Below, in pieces: positions 47,963-58,342 of a stretch of 64,000 nt of DNA. A program made the position numbers and the translations under genes. The notes under the pieces were generated by a model. That model did no database searches. It worked only from the letters and a program-made list of their open reading frames with translations, and was not told the DNA's origin. How positions within the stretch are numbered: position 1 is the first letter of the stretch; the number at the start of each line of letters is the position of its first letter. This DNA is from Bacillota bacterium (GTDB lineage: Bacteria; Bacillota; Clostridia; Saccharofermentanales; DTU023). The stretch is taken from assembly GCA_023622515.1 (NCBI GenBank), contig JAMNZB010000029.1, forward strand, positions 13,789-77,788, given 5' to 3'.

Positions 47963-49198
47963 CTATGTAATGTAAAAGGGTGTTTCCAAAAGAAGTTCCC
48001 TTTCCTCATAATTTTTTGTAAGCAGGGCCCGTAAAGCAAAAGATCGCCGTTCAACTAAACACTGCTCCTGCAGGGCCTCGTCACGGCAAGCACGGCTGTC
48101 GCTAAATTTAGATAATATGGGGAGTTGGGCAGCAGTCTGCATCTTTCGCAAGAGGTAACGCCCCCTTTTGTTAAAGGCTAAAGGCAAGATAAAGCATGGA
48201 ACATCGCCTGCTCGCTTCATACTTGCCCGGTCAATCCCCAAGGCAAGAGCGCTTAAGGCGCGCTGAATCCTTCCCTCAGAAAAGGTTAGTGTTTTTGTTG
48301 CTTCAATGTAATCATTTTCGTAGACCATTTTTTTCAGGCGCTCGGCAAGACCGCTCTGCATGTAGCGGTAGTCTTTTAAGCGGTCCCGATCTTCCCGCAA
48401 AAGCAAGAAGCGAGCCAGCTCCGAAAAAGGTTCAAGTCCGGCGACTTCTTTTTTTTGTATTCCCTCAAGTAAATAGGCAAGCGAGGAGGAGGGGATCTGC
48501 TTGCGCAAATAGAGGAAGAGTTCTTTGCTTAGCAGGGGTCCTTCTTTTCTCACAGCATTTTGTATGGAAAGGCGAATTTCACTGGCCGATGCCTGGGCTT
48601 GATCTGCATTAGCCGACCGTCGCGGGCAAAGGAAAAAACCGGGTTTTCTGAAGGACGGATCGAGCATTTTTAAGGCAGACAAATATTCGACCACCAGCCG
48701 GCTATTGGGTTCCCTGAAACACCGGCGAATAGATTCCGCTACCCCCATATCTTCAAAGGCCTTTTCTCTGGCTTGGTGAGGGGAATGTCCGGCGGCAACC
48801 TGTCCCTTAATCCTATCTCTTAGCTCTTCGCTCTCAGGGCTGATCAGGTCGGCAGCTTGCTCAAGTTCTTCACGGTTAAAATATTCTGAGGAAGCAGCAA
48901 TAGTATGGATTACACCGGTTGCGGAAAGGAGATGTATACCCGCCTTGGCGTAGTTCTCGGCATCGCTAATGGCATAGTATTGAGGAAAAAGGAGGACAAG
49001 ATCTGCCCCCGAGCGGATAGCGGCAAGACTTCTTGTTTTAATTGTCTGCATAGCGAGATTTCCGCGTTGACAGAAATTGGACGTTAAGGCTACAACAATA
49101 GCTGTTTTTTCTCCCAAGTGTTCTTTTATCCATTCATATTGAAAAAGATGCCCTTTGTGGAAGGGGTTATATTCAGCAATAATGCCTATCGTGTGCAT
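47963..49198 (-). CDS. tmcAL: tRNA(Met) cytidine acetate ligase / UPF0348 nucleotidyltransferase
   Basis: MHTIGIIAEYNPFHKGHLFQ N-terminus (HxGH nucleotidyltransferase). ATG 49198 is preferred over 49267. Confidence 0.8.
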   Translation of the reverse strand: MHTIGIIAEYNPFHKGHLFQYEWIKEHLGEKTAIVVALTSNFCQRGNLAMQTIKTRSLAAIRSGADLVLLFPQYYAISDAENYAKAGIHLLSATGVIHTIAASSEYFNREELEQAADLISPESEELRDRIKGQVAAGHSPHQAREKAFEDMGVAESIRRCFREPNSRLVVEYLSALKMLDPSFRKPGFFLCPRRSANADQAQASASEIRLSIQNAVRKEGPLLSKELFLYLRKQIPSSSLAYLLEGIQKKEVAGLEPFSELARFLLLREDRDRLKDYRYMQSGLAERLKKMVYENDYIEATKTLTFSEGRIQRALSALALGIDRASMKRAGDVPCFILPLAFNKRGRYLLRKMQTAAQLPILSKFSDSRACRDEALQEQCLVERRSFALRALLTKNYEERELLLETPFYIT

Positions 49199-49320
49199 GG
49201 TATCTTTCCTCCAAAACAAAAATATTATACCATGATGGGAGGAGAAGAAGCGGAAAGTATAGGACAACGCTCATGTCTGCAAGGCGTTGGGGTGGACATT
49301 CAGCGAAGGAGTTTGTAGTG

Positions 49321-50760
49321 ATGATGGAAAAAGAAGATAAAAATAGGGAAGAGGGATTTGATGACTGCGGGCAAAAGGAAGATAAGGAGCGGGAAAAAAT
49401 AGAGGATCTTATCCTCCCGGGTCTTCCTGACTGGCAAGAGCCGCTTCGCCCTAAACCTCTGCTGGAGAAGGCGACCTCTAAAGGAAGGCCCCCTCTCTTT
49501 GGTGGCCTTCTGCAGACATTGCTGCTGAGGAAAAAACTGCTGATAGGATTGATTCTAATTAGTTTTCTTTTTTTGGCTTTTATCTTGTTTAACGTTTTCT
49601 ACACCCCAAAATATACGTACACAAAAGACATTGGCTACCGGGCGCTTCCTTTTCCGACAATCAATAAAGAAAGCTTTTATATTGTAAGCGGTCAAGAAGA
49701 TGTCATTGAGCGTCTCGTCAATGCTTTTAAAATCCTTCCCGAAAAAGGGAAGGAGAACAGATTCATAGCCGGAAAGATTGTTCTGGCAAATGAAGAAGAA
49801 GACAATTTGGCCAGTGAACTGGTTTTGCTCCCTCAAACGGAAGACATTTTTTTTGAGGACCAGCTAAAGTACCTGGAATTACTGGTTGCAACAGATAACT
49901 ATGATGAGTTTATTTCCTTCTTAGCCGGGCTGAAAAATCACTTTAACCATGTTTTATCAGAAGATGACGAAGCCTGGCCCAGGCAATTACGCTACCTTCG
50001 CACCCTCTTTATTGCCGGGCAACTTTGGGAATCCGAGCCCATCAAGCAGGAAATAGAAAGCCTTGAGGCGATCTTGTTGCCTCAATTTGAAAAGAATCTT
50101 TCTGCACAAAATGTTGATAAATTTACAACAACCGGCCATGTTCAAGTCTCTTCCCTCGAGCCGGAAGATTTTCCCGAGGCCTATACGCTTCCCGTTATTT
50201 ACCTGGAAAGCATTGATTTATGGGTTTTGGAAAATCTGGCAAGCCGATATGAGGCTTGGCAGACGATATATGAGCAGTGGCTAAGCATTATTAAGGGGGG
50301 AAGGCTGGAGAGCGGCTTTTATTCTTACGCCTGGAATTTAGAGGAAAATAGCTATATTCCTTCGGCCGTGCAAAGCTTCAGAAGTGATACTAAATCCAGC
50401 TTGCAACAAAGTATCCATCTTTTTGAAGTTGCCGAGGGAAATCCGGAAGATATTTTACTGTTCAATCAATTGCTCCTCCGTGATCATGGTCTTTACTCAT
50501 CTTACAACAGCGCAAGCTTAGCCCCTATAACAGAGGAAAAAAGTCTTTCCTCTTCTATTCTCTTGAGACGCCTAGCTTTTCTTGCCGGACAAGACCTAAG
50601 TGATCGGCTGGCCGATTCAGTCATCAAAACCTTTCTTGCCGATGCTGATTTTCCTCCTTGTGAAGGCTTGCTTTATGAAATGGAAGATGCTGGGAAGACG
50701 TTTAACTTTTCTGACAATGTGGACTACCTTTTGCTGCTTGCCTTACAGCAAGAGAGATAG
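49321..50760 (+). CDS. hypothetical single-pass membrane protein with a large extracytoplasmic domain
   Basis: Charged N-terminus, one TM helix (LLIGLILISFLFLAFILFNVF), then about 380 aa with no recognised family. RBS AAGGAG lies upstream of GTG/ATG 49318-49321. Confidence 0.6.
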   Translation: MMEKEDKNREEGFDDCGQKEDKEREKIEDLILPGLPDWQEPLRPKPLLEKATSKGRPPLFGGLLQTLLLRKKLLIGLILISFLFLAFILFNVFYTPKYTYTKDIGYRALPFPTINKESFYIVSGQEDVIERLVNAFKILPEKGKENRFIAGKIVLANEEEDNLASELVLLPQTEDIFFEDQLKYLELLVATDNYDEFISFLAGLKNHFNHVLSEDDEAWPRQLRYLRTLFIAGQLWESEPIKQEIESLEAILLPQFEKNLSAQNVDKFTTTGHVQVSSLEPEDFPEAYTLPVIYLESIDLWVLENLASRYEAWQTIYEQWLSIIKGGRLESGFYSYAWNLEENSYIPSAVQSFRSDTKSSLQQSIHLFEVAEGNPEDILLFNQLLLRDHGLYSSYNSASLAPITEEKSLSSSILLRRLAFLAGQDLSDRLADSVIKTFLADADFPPCEGLLYEMEDAGKTFNFSDNVDYLLLLALQQER

Positions 50761-50781
50761 GCTAAAAATAAGGCTGATAGA

Positions 50782-50810
50782 TTGAAGCTTTTAAGGAAAT
50801 ATCATACAAT
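50782..50810 (+). promoter_or_regulatory. sigma-A type promoter for pta (TTGAAG, 17 bp spacer, TACAAT)
   Basis: The hexamers and spacing were read directly. Confidence 0.45.
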
Positions 50811-50848
50811 AGAAAAGGTTTGTATTTATTAATTTTGGGAGGAAGAGT

Positions 50849-51844
50849 ATGGGTTTCATTACAAGGATGAAGAACAAAGCAAAAGCTGATTTAAAGAAAA
50901 TTATTCTAGTGGAAAATGAAGATGAACGTGTTTTACAGGCTGCGGTTGAAGCCAGCCAAGATGAACTGGCTGAGATTATCTTACTCGGAAGGGAAGAAGA
51001 AAGTAAAGCCGTCTGTCCTGATTTAGATTACTCCCGCATAGAGTTTATTGACCTGGAAAGCTTCCCGCAGTTTGAAGACTATGTTGACCAATACTTTGAT
51101 TTACGAAAGCACAAAGGTATTGATAGGGAACAGGCAAAAGAAAGTGTTCGAGACAAAACGACATTTGGCATGATGCTCTTGAAAAATGATTTAGCGGACG
51201 GTCTGGTTTCCGGCGCAGTCAATAGCACGGCAAACACATTGCGGCCCGCCCTTCAAGTCTTGAAGACAAAAGCGGGGACAAAACTTGTTTCCTCCTTTTT
51301 CGTTATGGATACCGGTAAAAAAGAATTAGGCCATGAAGGCATCTTTCTCTTTGCTGACTGCGCCCTCAATGAATTTCCCAATGCCGAGCAATTATCGGAA
51401 ATAGCCCTTGCCTCAGCGGAATCTTGCCGCTTTTTCTTAGACGTAGAACCCAGAGTAGCCATGCTTTCCTATTCCAGTTTTGGTAGTGCAAGAAGCGAGG
51501 CTACAGAGAAGGTTATTGAAGCCGGCAAAATTGCCCGGGAAAAAGCTCCTGATCTCATTTTAGATGGGGAACTGCAAGTTGATGCGGCCGTTAGAGAAAA
51601 AACTTCTCAATCAAAGGCTCCGGGCAATAAGGTTGGAGGTAAGGCCAATGTTCTTATTTTCCCGGACATTAATGCCGGTAATATCGGTTACAAGCTGGTC
51701 CAACACCTGGGGGGTGCCCTTGCCATCGGCCCAATTCTCCAAGGTATTGCCAAACCGGTAAATGACCTATCACGCGGCTGCTCCAAAGAGGATATAATCG
51801 GTGTTATTGCCGTTACCTGTGTTCAAGCGGCAGCCCGGGACTAA
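50849..51844 (+). CDS. pta: phosphate acetyltransferase
   Basis: DGLVSGAVNSTANTLRPALQ, LSYSSFGS and FPDINAGNIGYK motifs. Confidence 0.92.
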   Translation: MGFITRMKNKAKADLKKIILVENEDERVLQAAVEASQDELAEIILLGREEESKAVCPDLDYSRIEFIDLESFPQFEDYVDQYFDLRKHKGIDREQAKESVRDKTTFGMMLLKNDLADGLVSGAVNSTANTLRPALQVLKTKAGTKLVSSFFVMDTGKKELGHEGIFLFADCALNEFPNAEQLSEIALASAESCRFFLDVEPRVAMLSYSSFGSARSEATEKVIEAGKIAREKAPDLILDGELQVDAAVREKTSQSKAPGNKVGGKANVLIFPDINAGNIGYKLVQHLGGALAIGPILQGIAKPVNDLSRGCSKEDIIGVIAVTCVQAAARD

Positions 51845-51963
51845 CTGTGAGTCCGGTTCAAGAGATAAGTACGGTAAAAAGACTTAACTAAAAGTCAAGC
51901 AAATAAAAGTTAGCGAACAAATAATAAGGAAAAGAAAAGTAAGAAATAAGGAAGGAAAAAATT

Positions 51964-53169
51964 ATGAATGTATTAGTCATTAACGCAGGGAGTTCTTCAT
52001 TAAAATATCAGCTTCTGAACACTGAAGAAAAAACACTCTTAGCCAAAGGTTTGTGTGAGAGAATCGGCTTGGATAATCCTCGTCTTAAACATGAAGCAAG
52101 CGGCAAAGAAGAAGTTGTTAAAGAAGCAAGCATGAAGGATCATGGTGAAGCCATCAAGCTTGTTGTTGACGCGCTGATGGACAAGGATCACGGGGTTATT
52201 TCTTCTATGGAAGAAATTGATGCAGTAGGTCACCGTGTTGTCCATGGCGGAGACTACTATGCCGAATCGGTTCTCATTGATGAAGATGTAAAAAAAGCAA
52301 TAAAGGCCTGCTACGGACTCTCTCCCTTGCATAACCCTGCGAATATGACCGGTATTGAAGCTTGTGAAAAAATCATGCCCAATATTCCTATGGTTGCTGT
52401 TTTTGATACGGCCTTCCACCAAACTATGCCTGAAAAAGCTTATATGTATGGCCTTCCCTATGAATATTATGAAAAACATAAAATTCGCCGTTATGGTGCA
52501 CATGGCACATCACACCGCTATGTTTCCGCCCGTGCGGCAGAATTTTTGGGTAAAGATATTAAGGACTTACGTCTCGTGACCTTGCACTTAGGAAATGGTT
52601 CTTCAATCAGTGCAGTCAAGAATGGAGTTTGTGTTGATACATCTATGGGACTTACCCCCTTGGAAGGCCCCTTGATGGGAACACGTTGCGGTAGTATCGA
52701 TCCGGCCATCGTTCCTATTTTGATGGAAAAAGAAAATCTTTCTACTTCGGCAATTGATGAGGTAATGAATAAGAAAAGTGGCGTATTTGGTGTATCCGGT
52801 GTTTCTTCAGACTTCCGTGACCTTGAAGAAGCTGCGGTGGCAGGTAACAAGCGGGCACAACTGGCTCTTGACATGTTTGCCTACCAAGTCAGAAAAATTA
52901 TGGGCTCTTATATCTTTGCGATGGGTGGAGTCGATGCCATTATTTTCACAGCCGGTATTGGAGAAAATGATGCCAATACAAGAGCCAGGATTTGTGATGA
53001 ATTAGACATCTTCGGTATTGAGCTGGATAAAGAGAAAAATACAAGCATTCGCGGGAAAGATGCTGATCTTTCAACAGGGCAGTCAAGCGTTCGCATTCTA
53101 CTGATTCCCACGAATGAAGAATTAATGATTGCTCAAGATACAGCAGCTATTGTTGGAACTGCAAAATAA
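51964..53169 (+). CDS. ackA: acetate kinase
   Basis: [29 protein letters not shown] and TAGIGEN motifs. Confidence 0.94.
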   Translation: MNVLVINAGSSSLKYQLLNTEEKTLLAKGLCERIGLDNPRLKHEASGKEEVVKEASMKDHGEAIKLVVDALMDKDHGVISSMEEIDAVGHRVVHGGDYYAESVLIDEDVKKAIKACYGLSPLHNPANMTGIEACEKIMPNIPMVAVFDTAFHQTMPEKAYMYGLPYEYYEKHKIRRYGAHGTSHRYVSARAAEFLGKDIKDLRLVTLHLGNGSSISAVKNGVCVDTSMGLTPLEGPLMGTRCGSIDPAIVPILMEKENLSTSAIDEVMNKKSGVFGVSGVSSDFRDLEEAAVAGNKRAQLALDMFAYQVRKIMGSYIFAMGGVDAIIFTAGIGENDANTRARICDELDIFGIELDKEKNTSIRGKDADLSTGQSSVRILLIPTNEELMIAQDTAAIVGTAK

Positions 53170-53316
53170 AAACGAGCCGGCTAGTTTATCCTTTTGTAGC
53201 ATTTGAGCCAAAAGGGAATAGCCCGCCTCAGCACTTTGGTAATTAATGAGCAGGGCAATTTGCGCTGCTCATTAGTCATAAACTCATGAACCATAAAGAT
53301 GATGAAAGGATAGAAG

Positions 53317-54753
53317 ATGGCTAAACAAGATAAATTAGTGCAAGAAATAACACCGCGTGATGTTGATTTTGCCCAGTGGTACACCGATGTTGTAAAAAAA
53401 GCGGAATTAACTTCTTATTCACCCGTGAGGGGGGCAATGATTTTGCGACCGTACGGATATGCCATTTGGGAGAATATTCAGAATTATGTGGATAAAAAAC
53501 TAAAAGAAACCGGTCACGAAAATGTAGCCATGCCTTTACTTATCCCGGAATCCCTCTTGCAAAAAGAGAAAGACCATGTCGAAGGTTTCGCCCCCGAGGT
53601 GGCTTGGGTTACGCATGGCGGGGATACAAAACTGCAAGAGAGATTGTGCGTTCGCCCAACTTCTGAAGTCTTGTTTTGCTCGCACTATGAGGAAATTGTG
53701 CAGTCTTGGCGAGATTTACCGAAACTATACAATCAATGGTGTTCTGTTATTCGCTGGGAAAAAACAACACGTCCCTTCTTACGTACTACAGAATTCCATT
53801 GGCAAGAAGGGCACACTGCCCATGCGACAGCAGAAGATGCCAAAAGGGAAACCCTGCTTATCCTAGACCTGTATAAAGATTTCTATCAAGATTTTCTTGC
53901 GATTCCCGTGATTAGCGGCCTTAAAACAGATAAGGAAAAATTTGCCGGTGCAGAAGAAACCTACACGGTGGAAGCCATGATGCATGATGGTAAGGCTTTA
54001 CAAGGAGGGACTTCTCATTATTTTGGTGATGGTTTTGCCAGAGTGTTCAACATTCAATACGCAGATGAAAATAACGAACTCCAATATGTCCACCAAACCT
54101 CTTGGGGTATTTCGACCCGTGTAATCGGCGGAATTATCATGGTTCATGGTGACGATGACGGTCTGATTTTGCCGCCGAGAGTTGCCCCGATTCAAGTTGC
54201 CCTAATCCCTATTGCCATGGAGAAAGATGGGGTGGTCGAGGCTAATGAGGAACTTTTGGCCAGACTTGGAAAGCATTTTAGGGTGAAAGCCGACTTTAGC
54301 GATAAAATGCCCGGCTGGAAATTCTCGGAATATGAAATGCGCGGAGTTCCCTTACGGCTGGAATATGGCCCTAGGGATATCAAAAAAGGGCAAGTTGTTG
54401 CTGTAAGACGTGATACGAGGGAGAAAATGTTTATCCCTGTAGATAAAGTCGAGGAAAAAGTTTCAGAGCTACTGGAAACTATTCAAAACGATATGTTTGC
54501 CAGGGCTGAAAAAAGCCTATATGAACGAATTTATGACGCAGATAACTGGGAAGAGCTGGAAGATATCTTAGAGAACAAACCGGGTTTTGTTCGTGCCCAT
54601 TGGTGTGGTGACCAGGCTTGCGAAGATAATATAAAAGATAAATTATCCGCGAGTTCTCGTTGTATCATTGAGGGAAGCCCGTCGGCCGAAAAAACTTGCG
54701 TTTCCTGCGGAAAACCTGCTAAGCATAATATTTATTGGGGGAAAGCCTATTGA
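53317..54753 (+). CDS. proS: proline--tRNA ligase (short type without the INS editing insertion)
   Basis: [14 protein letters not shown] and GTSHYFG motifs, plus a C-terminal Cys-containing domain ending in YWGKAY. Length is 478 aa. Confidence 0.9.
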   Translation: MAKQDKLVQEITPRDVDFAQWYTDVVKKAELTSYSPVRGAMILRPYGYAIWENIQNYVDKKLKETGHENVAMPLLIPESLLQKEKDHVEGFAPEVAWVTHGGDTKLQERLCVRPTSEVLFCSHYEEIVQSWRDLPKLYNQWCSVIRWEKTTRPFLRTTEFHWQEGHTAHATAEDAKRETLLILDLYKDFYQDFLAIPVISGLKTDKEKFAGAEETYTVEAMMHDGKALQGGTSHYFGDGFARVFNIQYADENNELQYVHQTSWGISTRVIGGIIMVHGDDDGLILPPRVAPIQVALIPIAMEKDGVVEANEELLARLGKHFRVKADFSDKMPGWKFSEYEMRGVPLRLEYGPRDIKKGQVVAVRRDTREKMFIPVDKVEEKVSELLETIQNDMFARAEKSLYERIYDADNWEELEDILENKPGFVRAHWCGDQACEDNIKDKLSASSRCIIEGSPSAEKTCVSCGKPAKHNIYWGKAY

Positions 54754-55208
54754 TTCCAACAAAAAGAGAAGATAATAACGTCTTACTTTCCCTAAGCTCC
54801 GAACAATGGACCAAGGAAGAGCAGTCTGATCCCATTCGTCTTTTTACAGAGGGACGGTTGATTCGTATTGAGAAAGAAGCTGCCTGGCTGCTAAGCTACG
54901 AAGAAAACATCGAACAGGGATCGGATGAAGTCAGAACACGGCTTCTTGTATATGATGCCGGTGGTATCCGTTTAATTCGCAGCGGGGCCATGCAGATGGA
55001 TGTCTTTTTTGAAAAAGGCAGCCACTACACCAGTAATATGGAGACACCTTTCGGATTGATGGAATTTAGTGTCTATACTAATGAAGCATGCGCTAGCCTG
55101 GAAAAAGATGGCGGCTCACTTTTATTGTCTTACGCTCTCAGTTTTAATAAACGTGAAGCGATTTCTACTAAAATAGAAATTGAAGCTGAGAAATTAAAAG
55201 GCAACTAG
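54735..55208 (+). CDS. DUF1934 (YwiB-like beta-barrel) family protein
   Basis: [38 protein letters not shown] matches my recollection of the DUF1934 core pattern. The start is uncertain (54735 or 54750). Confidence 0.6.
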   Translation: MGESLLIPTKREDNNVLLSLSSEQWTKEEQSDPIRLFTEGRLIRIEKEAAWLLSYEENIEQGSDEVRTRLLVYDAGGIRLIRSGAMQMDVFFEKGSHYTSNMETPFGLMEFSVYTNEACASLEKDGGSLLLSYALSFNKREAISTKIEIEAEKLKGN

Positions 55209-55210
55209 TC

Positions 55211-55239
55211 TTGACATTAGAAAATCAGCGTGCGATAAT
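55211..55239 (+). promoter_or_regulatory. near-consensus sigma-A promoter for rpmF (TTGACA, 17 bp spacer, GATAAT)
   Basis: Read directly. The -35 is 55211-55216 and the -10 is 55234-55239. Confidence 0.6.
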
Positions 55240-55292
55240 GTCGAATGTTGATTTTAATACTATTTATATAAAGAAATACGGAGGCAATAACA

Positions 55293-55475
55293 ATGGCAGT
55301 ACCAAAAAGAAGATGGTCAAAACGCAGGTCACGTATGTCACGTGCAAATGAGAGTTTAGCAAAACCGAATTTGTCGGAATGCCCTCAATGCCATGAACTG
55401 AAGTTACCCCATATAGTATGCAAATCTTGCGGTTACTATAAGGGGAAGGAAGTGATTGCTCAAGCTGAAGAATAA
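55293..55475 (+). CDS. rpmF: 50S ribosomal protein L32
   Basis: MAVPKRRWSKRRSRMSRAN and a CxxC...CxxC zinc ribbon. Confidence 0.93.
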   Translation: MAVPKRRWSKRRSRMSRANESLAKPNLSECPQCHELKLPHIVCKSCGYYKGKEVIAQAEE

Positions 55476-55505
55476 GGCCACTGAGCAGGCTTATTTTGAT
55501 ACTAT

Positions 55506-55539
55506 AAGCAGCGGGGCGGCACACCCGGCTGCTTTTTTG
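55506..55539 (+). terminator. rho-independent terminator after rpmF
   Basis: AAGCAGCGGGG-loop-CCGGCTGC followed by TTTTTT. Confidence 0.7.
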
Positions 55540-55592
55540 TGTTTGACCGGATGGGGCAAGAGAGTGGCAGCGCTAGGTAAGGCGAAAAGTAG

Positions 55593-56996
55593 ATGGAGGA
55601 ATGTGTGGAAAGATATTCCGATTACAAGTATACACAAACGGAAATAGCTGCTGTTTCCCCCTTTAGCATTGCAGAGGATTTAGCTCTTGAAGCCGGGGAT
55701 CTCTTATTAGAGATTAATGGAGCGAGCATCAAGGATATTTTTGATTTTCGAGAACAGGAGAGTCAAGAATATGTTCTGCTGCTGGTTAAGAAAAAAAGTG
55801 GCGAGTATATTGAGTATGAAGTGGAGAAAGATGGTGATGAGGAGCTGGGCCTTGAATTTGCAAACCCCCTCCTAACAGAGTGTGCATCTTGTGATAACCA
55901 TTGTGTTTTCTGCTTTATCGATCAATTGCCTAAACATCTGCGGCCCAGTCTTTATTTTAAGGATGATGACTCGCGCCTATCCTTTCTTACCGGAAACTAC
56001 GTTACGCTAACGAATCTTAGCGAAGAAGAGCTGGAGCGGATTATTCACTTCCGCTTTTCGCCTATCAATATTTCAATACACACCACAAATCCGGCCCTCC
56101 GCGTGCGGATGATGGGCAATAAAACAGCAGGGAATCTTTTGGAGAAAATCCGGAAATTGACAGATAGCGGTATTCGGATAAATGGTCAATTTGTTCTATG
56201 TCCGGGAATTAATGACGGGGAGGAACTGGAGCGCAGCCTGCAAGATTTGGCCCCCTTGGCCCGGAAAATTGACAGCCTTGCGGTTGTTCCGGTTGGTTTG
56301 ACAAAATATCGCAAGGAGAACAAGTTATTTCCCCTGACTTCCTATGAAAAAAGTAGTGCCTGTAGGCTTCTGGGCCAGATAGAAGCCTGGCAAGACAAGT
56401 TTTTACAGACCTGTGGGCGGCGGCTGATTTTTGCCAGCGATGAGTTTTATTTGCTGGCCGAGTGTGATTTTCCTCCCGGAGAGGCCTATGAGGGCTATCC
56501 CCAGCTCGAAAATGGCGTGGGTATGGCGCGTTCTTTTCTTGATGATGTTCGCTCAGCCTTAAAAAGCGGAGGGAATCCTAAAATATCAAGCCGTTCGAGC
56601 ACGAAGGATATCACTCAAGGGAGAAGGAACATTTCCATAGCTACCGGTATTTTAGGTGAGAAAATTTTGCGCATGGTCCAAAGGGAATGTGAAAAAACAT
56701 TAAATATTCGTTTGAATATTATGGGGATTGAAAATAATTTTTTTGGTGAAAAAATTACGGTAACAGGCCTTCTTACCGGGGAAGATCTTATACGGCAAGT
56801 GGCTTGCTTGGAAAATGGACCGGATCATCTCCTGCTTTGTGATAGTATGCTAAAGCAGGACGAAGATATTTTTTTAGATGACATCTCTGTCTCAGCTTTA
56901 TCTGAAAAACTGGGTAGAGATATATATGTTTGTGCCGAGGATGGATATTCATTTGTTGCTGCTTTGCAAGCTATAAAGGAGGGAAGAAATGGCTAA
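55593..56996 (+). CDS. DUF512 radical-SAM-like protein with an N-terminal PDZ-like domain
   Basis: CDNHCVFC (Cx3Cx2C) motif. Its position immediately upstream of der is the arrangement I recall as common in Firmicutes. Confidence 0.75.
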   Translation: MEECVERYSDYKYTQTEIAAVSPFSIAEDLALEAGDLLLEINGASIKDIFDFREQESQEYVLLLVKKKSGEYIEYEVEKDGDEELGLEFANPLLTECASCDNHCVFCFIDQLPKHLRPSLYFKDDDSRLSFLTGNYVTLTNLSEEELERIIHFRFSPINISIHTTNPALRVRMMGNKTAGNLLEKIRKLTDSGIRINGQFVLCPGINDGEELERSLQDLAPLARKIDSLAVVPVGLTKYRKENKLFPLTSYEKSSACRLLGQIEAWQDKFLQTCGRRLIFASDEFYLLAECDFPPGEAYEGYPQLENGVGMARSFLDDVRSALKSGGNPKISSRSSTKDITQGRRNISIATGILGEKILRMVQRECEKTLNIRLNIMGIENNFFGEKITVTGLLTGEDLIRQVACLENGPDHLLLCDSMLKQDEDIFLDDISVSALSEKLGRDIYVCAEDGYSFVAALQAIKEGRNG

Positions 56997-58341
56997 ATCA
57001 CTAATTGCTATCGTGGGCCGCCCAAATGTTGGTAAGTCAAGTATTTTTAATGTACTGATAGGGGAACGGATTTCTATCGTTCATGATAGTCCCGGGGTTA
57101 CTCGCGATCGCATTTATGCTGACGGTGAATGGTTTGGCAGAGAGTTTATCCTTATTGATACCGGCGGACTGGAAATTGGCTCGGATGACCCCATAACAAT
57201 ACAAATGCGCCGGCAGGTAGAATTTGCCATAGAGGCTTGTGATGCTATTATTTTCCTTTGCGATATCCGAGATGGCCTGACCAACGCCGACCGGGAAATT
57301 GCCGGCCTCCTAAGGCAGTCTGCAAAACCCGTCGTGCTTGCCTTAAATAAAGCCGACCGCATTGGCGGTTTTCCGCCGGAAGCCTATGAGTTTTATGAGC
57401 TGGGCTTTGGAGAGCCTCATTGCGTTTCTGCTATCCATAAATTGGGCCTGGGTGATTTAATTTCCGATGTCTTTTCTAAAATACCGCAAAGAGAAGTTGC
57501 AGAAGCAGACGATGACCGTATTGCAGTTGCTATTATCGGTAAGCCTAATGTGGGCAAATCTTCTCTAATGAATGTCATCCTGGCTGAAGAGCGAGCTATT
57601 GTTTCAGATATACCCGGTACGACTCGAGATGCCCTTGATGTCTTTGTGGAAAATGACTATGGCTCCTATACTTTTATAGATACGGCAGGCCTAAGGAGAA
57701 AAAGCAGGATCGATAATGTCATCGAAAAGTACAGTACTTTTCGCACAGACTCTGCCGTTGAACGGTCCGATGTTTGTTTAATCCTACTTGATGCTGAAGA
57801 CGGTGTTAGTGAGCAGGATACTAAAATAGCCGGCCTTGCTCATGAGGCAGGCAAGGCCTCTATTTTTGTTATTAATAAATGGGATCTTCTGGATGAGAAG
57901 GGTGAGCGCTATAAAAAGTGGGTTGAAGATATCCGTACTCGTTTTGCCTTTATGCCCTATGCGCCGATTATAACCATCTCAGCTCTGACGGGGCAGCGTG
58001 TAGAGGGGCTTTTTAACCTTATCAACAAGGTGTATGCTGAAGCGGAAAGGCGGCTAAGTACATCGGTTATCAATGAAGTGCTTGCCGAAGCTGTGGCTAT
58101 GCATAAGAGCCCTTCCAAGCAAGGTAGGCATCTGAAAATTTATTATGCCAGCCAAGTTGATATAAAACCGCCACAAATCGTTTTCTTTATTAATGACAAG
58201 AAGTTATTGCATTTCTCCTATGAGCGGTATATTGAAAATCGCTTCCGCGAGGCCTTTGGTTTTGAAGGTACTCCCATTCGCATGATTTGGCGGGAGCGGA
58301 GACAAACAGACTATATCAGAGTAAAGGAAGATCAACTTTAA
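56989..58341 (+). CDS. der: ribosome biogenesis GTPase Der (EngA), double G domain
   Basis: Two P-loops (GRPNVGKSS, GKPNVGKSS), DTGG/DTAG, NKAD/NKWD and a KH-like C-terminus. Confidence 0.94.
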   Translation: MAKSLIAIVGRPNVGKSSIFNVLIGERISIVHDSPGVTRDRIYADGEWFGREFILIDTGGLEIGSDDPITIQMRRQVEFAIEACDAIIFLCDIRDGLTNADREIAGLLRQSAKPVVLALNKADRIGGFPPEAYEFYELGFGEPHCVSAIHKLGLGDLISDVFSKIPQREVAEADDDRIAVAIIGKPNVGKSSLMNVILAEERAIVSDIPGTTRDALDVFVENDYGSYTFIDTAGLRRKSRIDNVIEKYSTFRTDSAVERSDVCLILLDAEDGVSEQDTKIAGLAHEAGKASIFVINKWDLLDEKGERYKKWVEDIRTRFAFMPYAPIITISALTGQRVEGLFNLINKVYAEAERRLSTSVINEVLAEAVAMHKSPSKQGRHLKIYYASQVDIKPPQIVFFINDKKLLHFSYERYIENRFREAFGFEGTPIRMIWRERRQTDYIRVKEDQL

Positions 58342-58342
58342 T

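Noticed and set aside
55456-55647. 63-aa ORF between rpmF and the DUF512 gene
   Set aside because: It spans the rpmF terminator hairpin and overlaps both neighbouring genes. It has no RBS and is most likely spurious.
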